Under the pieces are notes generated by a model. That model saw only the letters and a program-made list of their open reading frames with translations. It was not told the origin of the DNA and ran no database searches. From positions 224,001 through 288,000 of the forward strand of contig CBDASK010000003.1 of NCBI GenBank assembly GCA_965199495.1: a DNA stretch of 64,000 nt, given 5' to 3'. Source of the stretch: Abditibacterium sp. Its GTDB lineage: Bacteria; Armatimonadota; Abditibacteriia; Abditibacteriales; Abditibacteriaceae. The position numbers and the translations under genes are program-made. This document shows, one piece after another, positions 30,252 through 40,444 of the stretch; the first letter of the stretch is position 1, and every line of letters begins with the position of its first letter.

Positions 30252-33200
30252 CTACTCCCGCCCGCGCCACCAATTCCACGCCGACACAACGCCCACACCA
30301 ACAGCCACGGCGCCCGCGCCGATGATGGCGATTGTCTTCAACAGCGACGGTTGCGACGGATAGCTCGCCGCGAATTTGTCCGGCGATTCGCTCGGCCCGC
30401 GCACGCCCTGCGTTTGCGCGAGATGCAGCACTTCGGCCAAGTGCAGCGCGTGACGTTCGGTGGTTTGCGAGATTTGTTCGCGGCACGAAAAACCGTCGGC
30501 GATGAGAAGCTCGTCGTCGTTGGCATCGCGCACGGCGGGCAAAAGCACGCGTTCGCCGCACTTAATCGAGACATCGTAATGCTCGCCTTTCTCGAAACCG
30601 AAGGCGCCCGCCATGCCGCAACAACCGGAATCCAACTCGTTGAAATCTACGCCCATGTCGCGCAGAATTTCGATTTCATCGGTCATGCCCATAATCGAAA
30701 TATGGTGACAATGGCCGTGAACGACGGCTTTGCGTTCGAGTTTCGGCGCTTGCCAATTTTTCAAATGGCCATTAAGATATTCCGACAGCAAAAGCGTGTT
30801 GCTTTTCAGGCGTTGCGCATCGTGATCGTTGGGAAACAGATTGGTCAGCTCGTCGCGAAAAGTCGCGCAACAGCTCGGCTCCAAGACGATCATCGGCGTG
30901 CCCTGGCGGATTTCTTCGCGTAGGGCGGCCAAGATTTTTTGCAACCAATCTTTGGCCATGCCAAGCATTCCGAAATCGTAGAGCGGGCGTCCGCAGCACA
31001 AAAATGGGAACGGCACCACGACGTTGCAACCGGCGTTTTCCAAAACTTCGCACGCGGCTTGGGCCGTCGTCGGGTGGAAATAGTTGTTGAAACTATCGGG
31101 AAACAGAATCACGCGCGGCCCGGTCGCGTGCGGATCGAAAATCGTGGTGCGCGCGTGGCCGCTCTCGTCGTGGGGTTTCCAGCCGCGCTGCGTCATGCGC
31201 GCCACGAACCATTCTTTGAACGAATGATCGGCAAACGGCGGCATCCGGCGCTGCGGCGCGATGCCGACGACGGCTTTAAAAGCGTCGCTCAGAAGCGGCG
31301 ATTGCGTGGCGAAGTTGGCCAAAAATCGCAGATAGGGAACGGCGAAAACGAAGCGCGAAACCTGCGAAATCACGCCGAAAACGTAGGCGTGAACCGGGCG
31401 CAAACGGCCTTTGTAATAGTGCGCCAAAAACTCGGCTTTGTAGGTCGCGATATCCACTTTAACCGGGCATTGGCCTTTGCAGCCCTTGCACGACAAACAC
31501 AAATCGAGCGATTCTTTGACGTGTTCGTCCTTCCAGCCGTCGGCGATGGTTTCGCCGCGCAACATCTCGAACAGCATATGGGCGCGCCCGCGCGTGACGT
31601 GTTCTTCTTCGCGCGTGACCTGATAACTTGGACACATCAAACCGCCGTCTTCGCGGCGACATTTGCCCACACCAACGCAACGCAACGTCGCGCGCGCGAA
31701 ACTGCCGTTGTCATCGGGGAATTGGAAGTAGGTTTCCGGCTCGTCGGGATTGTAATCGGTGCCCAAACGCAGATTCGACAAAATCGGATAAGCGTTGACG
31801 ACTTTGCCGGGATTGAGCCGGTTTTCCGGGTCGAAAATCGTCTTCATTTCGCCCATCGCTTGCATGATTTGTGGGCCGAACATCATCGGCAATAGCTCGG
31901 CGCGCGACTGGCCGTCGCCATGTTCGCCCGACAGCGAGCCGCCATAACTCACCACCAACTTCGCAGCAGCCACGGCGAAGGCGTGATAATTTTCCAAACC
32001 GCTTTCGCTCATCAAATCGAACGGGACGCGGCAGTGAATGCAGCCCTGCCCGAAATGTCCATAAACCGAGACATCGTGATAACCGTATTCATCGAACAGT
32101 TTTTTCAGGTCGCGCAGATACGGCCCGACTTTAGAGGGCGGCACGGCGCTGTCTTCCCAGCCCGGCCAGTTGAGCGGCACGCCCGGCACAAACGCCGTCG
32201 CGCCCAAACCCGATTCGCGCACTTCCCACAATTTTTTCTCTTCGTCGCGGTCATCGAATAATTTCATCGAAGGTGGATTGTCTTTGCCCTTCAACTCGTC
32301 CATCAACTTGCGCGCTTTGCCGTCGGATTCTTCCTTGTCTTTGCCGCCGAACTCGACTAAAAGCCAGCCGTTGCCTTCGGGCAACATTTTCACGTCGTCG
32401 GGGTGCATCCCGCGCTTTTTCATGTATTCGATCAATTGATCGTCCATGCCTTCCAAGCCAATCGGCTCGTGCTTCATCGCTTCGGGCGCGTGATCTCCGG
32501 CGCTGAAAACGTCGGGATAACCCAAAACCAACAGCGAGCGTTCTTTGGGTTGTGGAATCAAATGGAGAGTCGCTTCGAGAATCGTGACGAGGGTGCCTTC
32601 GCTTCCGATTAAGGCGCGGGCAACGTTGAAATCGTTTTCCGGCAAAAGTTCGGGCAAGTTATAACCCGAAACGCGGCGCGGAATCATCGGAAATTTATCG
32701 CGGATTTCGTCGGCGTTTTTGTCGCGCAGGTTTTTCAAATCGCGGTAAACCTCGCCGCGCCTTCCGCCGTTTTTGATGATTTCTTCCAACTCGCCGGGAG
32801 TCGTCGAGGCGACCTCGAATTGCGTGCCGTCATAGAGCAAAATTTCGAGCGATTGAACGTTATCGGCGACGCGCGGGCCGGTTCCGGCGAATTGCGCCAT
32901 TACCGAATGGACGCCGCACGAATCGTTGCCCATCATGCCGCCCAGCGTGCAGCGATTATGCGTGGCTGGATCGGGGCCGAAAGTCAGGCCATGTTCGTCG
33001 GCGGCGCGGCGCAAATCGTCCAAAACGATACCGGGCTGAATACGCGCTAATTTCTTTTCGGGGTCAATATACAGGATATGATTGTAATATTTGGTGGTGT
33101 CCATCACCACAGCCACGTTGCAGCACTGGCCCGCCAGCGAAGTGCCACCGCCGCGCGCCAGCAGAGGCGCTTCGTGTTTGCGGCAAATTTCGACAATTTT

Positions 33201-33410
33201 GATGATGTCGGCTTTGCTTTTGGGCAAAACGACACCAATCGGCGTCTGGCGATAGTTGGAGCCGTCGGTCGCATAAAGCGCGCGAGCGCCGTCGTCGAAA
33301 CGCACTTCGCCTTCGATTGCGTTCATCAAGTCGTTGGCGAGGTCTTCAATGGCCTGCGTCTGGTCTTTGGGCGCGGTATTGCGGATGTGGAGGGGAATAA
33401 TAGTTGACAT
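30252..33410 (-). CDS. FAD-binding and 4Fe-4S-binding oxidoreductase (YdiJ/D-lactate dehydrogenase-like)
   Basis: YATDGSNY, RGGGTSLAGQ, GHFGQGCIH, SGEHGDG, CVGVGKC..MCPSY, CLSCKGCKGQCP, GCCGMAGAFG. Confidence 0.92.
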   Translation of the reverse strand: MSTIIPLHIRNTAPKDQTQAIEDLANDLMNAIEGEVRFDDGARALYATDGSNYRQTPIGVVLPKSKADIIKIVEICRKHEAPLLARGGGTSLAGQCCNVAVVMDTTKYYNHILYIDPEKKLARIQPGIVLDDLRRAADEHGLTFGPDPATHNRCTLGGMMGNDSCGVHSVMAQFAGTGPRVADNVQSLEILLYDGTQFEVASTTPGELEEIIKNGGRRGEVYRDLKNLRDKNADEIRDKFPMIPRRVSGYNLPELLPENDFNVARALIGSEGTLVTILEATLHLIPQPKERSLLVLGYPDVFSAGDHAPEAMKHEPIGLEGMDDQLIEYMKKRGMHPDDVKMLPEGNGWLLVEFGGKDKEESDGKARKLMDELKGKDNPPSMKLFDDRDEEKKLWEVRESGLGATAFVPGVPLNWPGWEDSAVPPSKVGPYLRDLKKLFDEYGYHDVSVYGHFGQGCIHCRVPFDLMSESGLENYHAFAVAAAKLVVSYGGSLSGEHGDGQSRAELLPMMFGPQIMQAMGEMKTIFDPENRLNPGKVVNAYPILSNLRLGTDYNPDEPETYFQFPDDNGSFARATLRCVGVGKCRREDGGLMCPSYQVTREEEHVTRGRAHMLFEMLRGETIADGWKDEHVKESLDLCLSCKGCKGQCPVKVDIATYKAEFLAHYYKGRLRPVHAYVFGVISQVSRFVFAVPYLRFLANFATQSPLLSDAFKAVVGIAPQRRMPPFADHSFKEWFVARMTQRGWKPHDESGHARTTIFDPHATGPRVILFPDSFNNYFHPTTAQAACEVLENAGCNVVVPFPFLCCGRPLYDFGMLGMAKDWLQKILAALREEIRQGTPMIVLEPSCCATFRDELTNLFPNDHDAQRLKSNTLLLSEYLNGHLKNWQAPKLERKAVVHGHCHHISIMGMTDEIEILRDMGVDFNELDSGCCGMAGAFGFEKGEHYDVSIKCGERVLLPAVRDANDDELLIADGFSCREQISQTTERHALHLAEVLHLAQTQGVRGPSESPDKFAASYPSQPSLLKTIAIIGAGAVAVGVGVVSAWNWWRGRE

Positions 33411-33422
33411 GATTGTTTGGGG

Positions 33423-33517
33423 TTCACACAAAGAAACTAAGTTCTCACAAAGAATACAAAGAAACACTTCTTAAATTCCTTTGTATTCTTTGTGAGAACT
33501 TAGTTTCTTTGTGTGAA
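33423..33517. repeat. CACAAAG-type inverted repeat, 39-bp perfect arms
   Basis: ttcacacaaagaaactaagttctcacaaagaatacaaag ... ctttgtattctttgtgagaacttagtttctttgtgtgaa. Confidence 0.88.
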
Positions 33518-33526
33518 ATGAATGTT

Positions 33527-34057
33527 TTAATTTTCTCGCGGCTGAAACCGGCTCGCGCACGCCAGCATTCCCAGCACGCCCAACCCGAAAAACGAGAGCG
33601 GCGCCAGCACCGGCGGATGCTGCAATGCGGCGCCACCATGATGATGTTGCTCACCGCTCGACTGCTCGCCGCTCGATTTGTTATCGCCCGCGTGATCGCT
33701 TTCGTCGCCGCCGTGAACTGGCATTGACCACGCCGAAAGTTCGCGGCTCAAGCCCTGGATGGGCTTTTTGCCCGTGTGCAGCCACAGTCCCAACGGCCCG
33801 ACGATAAGGCCAACTGCGAAGCACCAGAACAAAATTTTGCGCCCGCCTTTGTTCCACCAGATCAGCGCCAAAATGCCCGCGATCAGCATCAGGCCGCTAT
33901 AAATTAAGGGCGTCCACGACAGCGGATGTTCGCCCAAAACTTCGCGGTGCGTGTAGCGGATTTCGAGCAGCAAGCCCAGCAATCCGCCCAGGGCAAACAG
34001 CACGATCCACTGGTTCAAACTCCAGCCGTTACGACGTTCGATGTTAATTTCTTGCAT
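33527..34057 (-). CDS. Four-TM membrane protein with His-rich loop
   Basis: Hydrophobic helices; GLWLH; PPVLAPLSFFGLG. Confidence 0.75.
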   Translation of the reverse strand: MQEINIERRNGWSLNQWIVLFALGGLLGLLLEIRYTHREVLGEHPLSWTPLIYSGLMLIAGILALIWWNKGGRKILFWCFAVGLIVGPLGLWLHTGKKPIQGLSRELSAWSMPVHGGDESDHAGDNKSSGEQSSGEQHHHGGAALQHPPVLAPLSFFGLGVLGMLACASRFQPREN

Positions 34058-34060
34058 AAT

Positions 34061-35170
34061 TCAAACCTCGACGCGAAACTTTTCCGCGTCCTGTTTTTTA
34101 AATTCCAGCCCCATTCCGGGCCGCGACAAATCCGGCCACAACGCGCCGCCCTGCGGCGTGGCTGCTCCGTCGAACAGCATTTGCTCGATACGAACGTGAT
34201 CGTGAAAATACTCGGCGTGACGCATCGCGGGCAGCGCGCAACCGATGTGCAAATGCAACGCGGGCGCGCAGTGCGACGACATTGGCATCGCGTAACTTTG
34301 GCATAAAGCGCCCACGCCCAGAAAATCGGAAAATCCGCCGCAACGCGTGGCGTCGGCTTGCAAAACGTCAACAGCGTTCGCTTCCAATCGTCGTTTAAAA
34401 TAGGGCAAATCGTAAGCGTATTCGCCATCGGCGATTTCCAGGCGCGCCGGGCCGACTTCGCGCAGCCACGCCATGCCGAAAACGTCGGTCGGATCGAGCG
34501 GTTGTTCCATCCAACGCGCATCGAATTCCCCAGCGAACGTCTCGCACCAATAAAGCGCCTGTTTGCGCGCATAGGCCGAATTGGCGTCCACGAACAGTTC
34601 GACATTTGGCCCAATCGCGTCGCGCGCAACTTGGGCGCGATGCCGGTCGTTTTGCGGGTCGCGCCCGACTTTCATCTTCACGCGCGTAATTCCCTGCGCC
34701 GCCCAATCGCCGAGCTGTTGCGTGAGTTGTTGGTCGGAATACGAGCAAAATCCGCCGCTTCCGTAAATCGGCAAACACGAACGAACCGCACCAAAAAGCG
34801 TAACCAAAGGCACGCCCAATAATCGCGCTTTCAAATCCCACAGCGCGTTGTCAACAGCAGCCACGGCCATCGCGCTCTGGCCGACTTCGCCCGTGTTGCG
34901 CACTTGATTTCGCATCGCCTGATGCGCTCCGGCAATCGCCATCGCGTCGCGGCCTTCGATGCGCGCAATCAACGAATCGGAAATAAACCGTGCTACGGCG
35001 GGCGGCGCGTAAGAATAACCCATGCCGATTTGGTCGCCCGCGTGCGCGTGAACTACGACAATCGTCGTCGAATCCCACGCCAAAGTGCCATCGGATTCGG
35101 GCGCGTCGGTCGGAATCGTATAAGCGGCGACTTCGATTTTGCGGAGGGGAAATTCGGGTTTCATGCTCAA
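34061..35170 (-). CDS. Mandelate racemase/enolase superfamily protein
   Basis: YTIPTDAPESDGT..DNALWDLKA..IYGSGGF..KMKVG..FVDAN..WMEQP..ADGEY..EYFHDH. Confidence 0.9.
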   Translation of the reverse strand: MSMKPEFPLRKIEVAAYTIPTDAPESDGTLAWDSTTIVVVHAHAGDQIGMGYSYAPPAVARFISDSLIARIEGRDAMAIAGAHQAMRNQVRNTGEVGQSAMAVAAVDNALWDLKARLLGVPLVTLFGAVRSCLPIYGSGGFCSYSDQQLTQQLGDWAAQGITRVKMKVGRDPQNDRHRAQVARDAIGPNVELFVDANSAYARKQALYWCETFAGEFDARWMEQPLDPTDVFGMAWLREVGPARLEIADGEYAYDLPYFKRRLEANAVDVLQADATRCGGFSDFLGVGALCQSYAMPMSSHCAPALHLHIGCALPAMRHAEYFHDHVRIEQMLFDGAATPQGGALWPDLSRPGMGLEFKKQDAEKFRVEV

Positions 35171-35559
35171 ACATCGCCCGCGAAAGCGATTGTCGTCAGC
35201 AACGCGTTTTCCGACTGGCGCGAATCGAGGCGCGTGTGCTGCGCGATAATCGGCACATCCGAAACGATAACGCTCGAATAATCGGTGCCTTTGGGAATCG
35301 GTTCGGGATCAGTCAGATCATTGAAGCGTTGGTGCAGCGTGCGACGTGGCGCAACCGTGAGTTTGTAGGGGCCAACCGGATCGCGGTCGGCGAAGAAAAT
35401 CGTGATTTCAACGTGCGCTTCTTGCTCGGTCGTGTTAAGCAGACAAACCGCTTCGTGAGAAGTCATTGTTGGCGCGGGGCCGTGGCTGGTGGGCGGAATA
35501 TAGCCTTCGGGAATCGCCCATATCGTGCGGCCCAGAACGGGCGGATTTGAGTTCGCCAT
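35167..35559 (-). CDS. Sensory rhodopsin transducer-like protein (ASRT/DUF1362)
   Basis: LGRTIWAIPEGYIP..SHEAVCLLN..FADRDPVGPY..RRTLHQRFNDL..SDVPIIAQHTRLDSRQ. Confidence 0.9.
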   Translation of the reverse strand: MANSNPPVLGRTIWAIPEGYIPPTSHGPAPTMTSHEAVCLLNTTEQEAHVEITIFFADRDPVGPYKLTVAPRRTLHQRFNDLTDPEPIPKGTDYSSVIVSDVPIIAQHTRLDSRQSENALLTTIAFAGDV

Positions 35560-35659
35560 AGCGCCAGAAAATGCTGCGAGACCGGCGCCAAGCGATGAGA
35601 AAATTAGGATATTCTCATATCTCTGATTAAAATGCGCGCTTCCAAGGGAAAATTGAAAG

Positions 35660-36736
35660 TCAACGGCCCGGCGTGACGTAAAAAAACGCCATCGCTAAAA
35701 TCCCGTAAACCGCGACTAATAATAAACCCTCGAACCACGTTGTTTCGCCGTCTTGCGCGATGGAATTGACCGCGAAAGCCGCGCCCGCAATCGCGATGAG
35801 TTCGAGCGGATTGGAAAACACCAGGTTCATCGGATGACGGGTAAAATGCGAAATAATAACTAACAATGGCGCGACGAACAGCGCGACTTGAATCGAAGAG
35901 CCGACGGTGATGGTGAAAACCAGACCCATTTGATTTTGGCGCGCGAAGTAAATCGCCGACACGTATTCGGCGGCGTTGCCGATGACCGCCAGCACGATGA
36001 CGCCCAGAAAAAACGCCGAAACGCCCAACGTGCCCGCCGTGGCTTCCAAAGCGCCCGACACTAATTCGGCTTCGAGCGCCACCAAAACCGTCGCGCCCGC
36101 CAGCACGCCCAGAGCTTTGTTGCGACTCCATTTTTTTCCTTTCGTCGGTTCGCTCTCCTCCAACGCGAAAATATCGCGGTGCGTTTTCATCGTATAAATC
36201 AGATTGCCCACATAAACCAGAATGAGAACAATTGAGACGCCCAGACTCAAATGCTCCTCCAAACGACCGGCAGCGGCGGGGGCGACCAAACCGCGCTCGG
36301 TGTAACTAAAAAGCGCGGGCAACAGCAAAGCAATCGTGGTTAAAATCAGCAGACTCGACAACAAACCGGCGCGCTCGCGCTTGAACGTTTGGTTTTCGCG
36401 GCCCCGCGAACCGACCAAAATCGCGATGCCCAAACCCAACAAACTATTGCCGATAATCGAACCCGTCATCTGCCCTTTGACGACGGCGCTTTGCCCAGCC
36501 GCCAAAACGAAAAACGCCAGAATCAGTTCGGCCATATTGCCAAAAGTGACGTTCAATAATCCGCCAATCGCCGGGCCAGCGATGCGCGCCATCTGTTCGG
36601 TCGCACGCCGAATCCCATCGGCCAAAGGCACGATTCCAATAACCGCCGTGATAAAAACCCAAATCGCGCCCGCGTGGAAAACGTAGCCGAGCAACAGCGA
36701 AAGCGGGACGAAAGCTAATAAGATATTCCAGATCAT
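35660..36736 (-). CDS. Calcium/proton exchanger (CaCA/CAX family)
   Basis: [51 protein letters not shown]. Confidence 0.93.
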   Translation of the reverse strand: MIWNILLAFVPLSLLLGYVFHAGAIWVFITAVIGIVPLADGIRRATEQMARIAGPAIGGLLNVTFGNMAELILAFFVLAAGQSAVVKGQMTGSIIGNSLLGLGIAILVGSRGRENQTFKRERAGLLSSLLILTTIALLLPALFSYTERGLVAPAAAGRLEEHLSLGVSIVLILVYVGNLIYTMKTHRDIFALEESEPTKGKKWSRNKALGVLAGATVLVALEAELVSGALEATAGTLGVSAFFLGVIVLAVIGNAAEYVSAIYFARQNQMGLVFTITVGSSIQVALFVAPLLVIISHFTRHPMNLVFSNPLELIAIAGAAFAVNSIAQDGETTWFEGLLLVAVYGILAMAFFYVTPGR

Positions 36737-36746
36737 AAAAGCGATT

Positions 36747-37190
36747 TTAACGCGGCGATTTCTGTCGCGCCATCAACACCAACGTCGAGGGCACGCACGC
36801 GCCGCGATTCCAACCCAAAGTTTCGTTGCCGCCGTAACGATAACCATCGGCAAAACCGTAATGCGTTTCTTCGTCATCGTCGCTCGTCGCCAAAGCGTCA
36901 AGAGCCGCATCGCGTTCAGCGCTGGCGTCGCGTCCGCACGCTTCATCTAAAAGCGCGCCGAAAACTCCCAGCGCGACCGCATCGAACGGCGCGCCGTGAA
37001 TCTGGCAGAGCGCATCAACGACGCCCATTAAATAACCGCCGCCAAACGGTGTCGCGGCGACACCGGCGATTGGCCCCGTCGAAGGCGCCTCGCGCGCCAA
37101 TTCGATTTGCCCGGCCAATAAACGCCGCGCGTCGCGCAAAACGGCGGTTTGCGCAAGGGAAAGCGCGGGCGTTTTATTTGTCGTCGCCAT
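36747..37190 (-). CDS. Hypothetical protein
   Basis: 147-aa ORF overlapping the end of the upstream gene within the operon. Confidence 0.6.
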   Translation of the reverse strand: MATTNKTPALSLAQTAVLRDARRLLAGQIELAREAPSTGPIAGVAATPFGGGYLMGVVDALCQIHGAPFDAVALGVFGALLDEACGRDASAERDAALDALATSDDDEETHYGFADGYRYGGNETLGWNRGACVPSTLVLMARQKSPR

Positions 37191-39033
37191 CTTCGTCCTC
37201 GCCGTGGCTGCTCAAATGCAACGCCTCTTTAACTTCGGAAACTTTCTCCGTCACCAGCGCCTTGACCGAATTCACGATGACGCCCTTTTCGTTGGGATCG
37301 CCTTTCAATAAGGCTTCGGCGGTGTTGCGCGCGAACTCGAACGAAATATGCGCTGGCAACGGCGGCACATTTTTATCGGTGTGAACATCCAAAAGCGTCA
37401 ATCCATCGTGCGCAAAAGCCGCATCCCACGCTTCGCCGATTTTTTCTGGATCGGTAACTTTGATGCCCTTGAACCCCAACATTTCGGCATAAGCCGCGTA
37501 ATCTATGCTCTCGACGTTTTGCGAACCTTCCCAGCGTGGATTGCCGTCTTCGGTGCGCATTTCCCACGAAACCTGCGTCAAATCGTCGTTGTGCAAAACC
37601 ATCACGACCAACTGTTTGTTGGGCCACAAATGCTGATATTTCTTGATCGTAATCAGTTCGTTCATGCCCAACATTTGAAACGCGCCATCGCCAATTGTGC
37701 AGACGACGGGCTTATCGGGAAAGGCGAACTTAGCAGCCACGGCGTAGGGCATCGCCGCCAACATCGTCGCCAAACGGCCCGACAAATCGCCGCGCATTCC
37801 CCTGCGCAAACGAATATGATGACCATACCAATCGGCGGTCGAACCGGCGTCGCAGGTCACAATCACACCGTCGGGCAAACGCTGGTTGAGTTCGTAAAAC
37901 ACGCGGCGCGGATTGATCGGGTCGGCTTTGTCATAGGCCAAATCGTGCAGCACGCCTTCCCATTCGCGCATCCCTTGGGCGACTTTTTCCTGAAAACTCA
38001 GGTCGTCGGTTGGCGAAATCAGCGGCAAAAGCGCCTGAAGCGTGGATTTGGCGTCGCCCCACAAATTGACTTCCATCGGATAGCGCACGCCCAATTGTCC
38101 GGGCCGCAAATCGATCTGAACACCGCGCGCCTGACCCGTCGGCGGCAAATAGCCCCCGTAGGGATAATTGGAGCCGATCATTACAAAGGTGTCGCAATCC
38201 TGCATCATTTTATAGGAAGGCAAGCTGCCCAGAAGTCCCAATTGTTCGCAATTGAAATCAATATCGCCGGGCACGACATCTTTGCCGCGCAACGCCGTCG
38301 TGATGCCCGCGCCGGTTACGCGCGCGAGTTCCAAAACTTCGTCGGTCGCGCCCAAAGCGCCCGCACCGACCAAAAGCGCGACGCGTTGGCCCGCTTTCAA
38401 AATATCGGCGGCGCGCGTCAGTTCTTCCAACGGCGGCGTAATTTTGATCGAAGTCGGCGCCGACGAACTGCGCGAAACATCAAGTTTTTTGGGCGCGTCC
38501 TCGCTTTTCATCTTTTGCACATCGTGCGGAATAACGATAACGCACGGTTGCCGGTGCGTAAGGGCAATGCGACAGGCGCGGTCAACCACGACTTGCGCTT
38601 GCGCGGGCGTCACGATGGTTTGAACGTAAGCCGCGACATCGGAAAAGGTGCGTTCGAGATTATTTTCCTGTTGATAGGCGCTGCCCAATGTTTCCAACGC
38701 CTGTTGCCCAACGATAGCCACGACGGGCTGGTTGTCCATCTGCGCATCGTAGAGACCGTTGAGCATATGAAAAGCGCCGGGGCTGGAAGTCGCCGTGCAG
38801 ACGCCGATTTTGCCCGTCCATTTGGCGTAGGCTGTCGCCATCAACGCGCAAATTTCTTCGTGCGTCGGGCGGATAAATTTCAGCGGCAAATCAGCGTCAT
38901 CGGCGCGGCCCAAGGCGCCATCGAAACCGCCGATGCCGTCGCCGGGAAAGCCGAAAATGTGGTCAACGCCCCATTCGAGGAGGCGGTCAATTACGAAGTC
39001 GCTGACGGTGTCGCGGGAATGAACAATGCTCAT
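37174..39033 (-). CDS. Thiamine pyrophosphate-dependent enzyme (pyruvate oxidase/dehydrogenase-like)
   Basis: FGFPGDGI..HEE..SSPGAFHMLNGLYDA..GDGAFQM..HNDDL. Confidence 0.92.
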   Translation of the reverse strand: MSIVHSRDTVSDFVIDRLLEWGVDHIFGFPGDGIGGFDGALGRADDADLPLKFIRPTHEEICALMATAYAKWTGKIGVCTATSSPGAFHMLNGLYDAQMDNQPVVAIVGQQALETLGSAYQQENNLERTFSDVAAYVQTIVTPAQAQVVVDRACRIALTHRQPCVIVIPHDVQKMKSEDAPKKLDVSRSSSAPTSIKITPPLEELTRAADILKAGQRVALLVGAGALGATDEVLELARVTGAGITTALRGKDVVPGDIDFNCEQLGLLGSLPSYKMMQDCDTFVMIGSNYPYGGYLPPTGQARGVQIDLRPGQLGVRYPMEVNLWGDAKSTLQALLPLISPTDDLSFQEKVAQGMREWEGVLHDLAYDKADPINPRRVFYELNQRLPDGVIVTCDAGSTADWYGHHIRLRRGMRGDLSGRLATMLAAMPYAVAAKFAFPDKPVVCTIGDGAFQMLGMNELITIKKYQHLWPNKQLVVMVLHNDDLTQVSWEMRTEDGNPRWEGSQNVESIDYAAYAEMLGFKGIKVTDPEKIGEAWDAAFAHDGLTLLDVHTDKNVPPLPAHISFEFARNTAEALLKGDPNEKGVIVNSVKALVTEKVSEVKEALHLSSHGEDEDGDDK

Positions 39034-39227
39034 AAGGGTGCTCGATAAAACAGAGATCAGGTCGTTCCAAACGAAGCCTTTGTCTTGTTCTTTATGTGAG
39101 CAACCCGAATGCCTTATCAAACAATTGGAGGTTTTTCAGGCCGAGTTAATCCAACGGAAACCGTTGTAACATCACTATTTTCGGCGTGATTACGGACAAA
39201 CCAACGCGAAAATAAGAGTTTTAGAAG

Positions 39228-40394
39228 TTAAGCCCCAGCCTTGGCGCTCGCCAATTCCAAAACGGCGCGCGCGATGTCGCGGGCGGCGGCGGGTTTGGCG
39301 AGCTTGCGCGCTTCCTCGCCCATTGCCCGCAAATCTTTGGCGTCGCGTAGCATCTCTTCGACTGTTTTGAGCAAGTTCGGCCCATCGCAATCGGACTGAC
39401 GCAGAATGCGGGCGGCACCCGCGTTGACGACCATTTGCGCGTTTTTGGTTTGCTCGTCGCCGCCCGTCGGCACGAGCGGAACGTAAAGCGCCGCTTTGCC
39501 GACCGCGCACATTTCGGTGACGGTTCCAGCGCCCGCGCGCCCGATGACCAAATCGGCGAGGGCCAAAACATCGCGCAGTTCGTGGCGAATGAATTTGCTC
39601 AACGCGTAGCGCCGTTGCAAGTGTTCCGGCAACGCCAGACGTGCCCGCGTTAAACGGTCGAAATCGTTCTCCTTTTCGGCGGATTGTTCGCCGCACTGGT
39701 GAATCACGCGCGCCTTTTCCAATAATTGCGGCAGACAATCTTCGATGGCGCGATTAATCACGCGCGCGCCCAAACTACCGCCGGTAATATAAATCGCGGA
39801 CAGGTTTTCGTCGGATAAACCGAAGTGTTGTGTCGCCGTGGCTGCATCGCCGCCGAAGATCGAGGCGCGCACGGGATTGCCCGCAACCCACGCGATTTCT
39901 TTGGCGCGCGGCGACAAAGAATGGCGCGCGCCTTCCCACGACAGCGCGATGCGCGTGGCAAAACGCGAATTAATGCGGTTGGCCAGACCGATTTGCACGG
40001 TTTGTTCGTGAATCAAAACTGGAATGTGATTCAAACCCGCCGCGACAACCGGCGGAACGGTGACGTAACCACCAGTCGCCAAAACCACATCAGGCTTGAA
40101 CTTCTTGATTTGATAAAGCGACTGCGCCAAACCGACGGGAATGCGAAATTGGTCGAGCAAGTTTTCCGGCGAAATGTAGCGGCGCAGTTTGCCCGTCGAA
40201 ATCGGCACGAACGGAATGCCCGCCGCCTCGACCAAACCGCGCTCCAAACCTTTTTTGGAGCCGATATATAAAAATTGCGCGTCGGGTTTCATCTGGCGTA
40301 GCGTTTCGATGAGCGCGAGGGCGGGCGAAATGTGGCCCGACGTGCCGCCGCCGGTCACCAAGATTCGCGGGGAATCGGAAGAATTGGTTGCCAT
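39228..40394 (-). CDS. murG: MurG-like GT28 glycosyltransferase
   Basis: TGGGTSGH, TGKLRRY, HEQ, GNPVR, TGGSLGA, GRAGAGT, EQTKNA; located outside a dcw cluster, so may be a paralog. Confidence 0.75.
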   Translation of the reverse strand: MATNSSDSPRILVTGGGTSGHISPALALIETLRQMKPDAQFLYIGSKKGLERGLVEAAGIPFVPISTGKLRRYISPENLLDQFRIPVGLAQSLYQIKKFKPDVVLATGGYVTVPPVVAAGLNHIPVLIHEQTVQIGLANRINSRFATRIALSWEGARHSLSPRAKEIAWVAGNPVRASIFGGDAATATQHFGLSDENLSAIYITGGSLGARVINRAIEDCLPQLLEKARVIHQCGEQSAEKENDFDRLTRARLALPEHLQRRYALSKFIRHELRDVLALADLVIGRAGAGTVTEMCAVGKAALYVPLVPTGGDEQTKNAQMVVNAGAARILRQSDCDGPNLLKTVEEMLRDAKDLRAMGEEARKLAKPAAARDIARAVLELASAKAGA

Positions 40395-40444
40395 ATCTTA
40401 GGCCGCGCAGTTTGGCAGAAATAGCCGATAAAGACACGCAGAAA

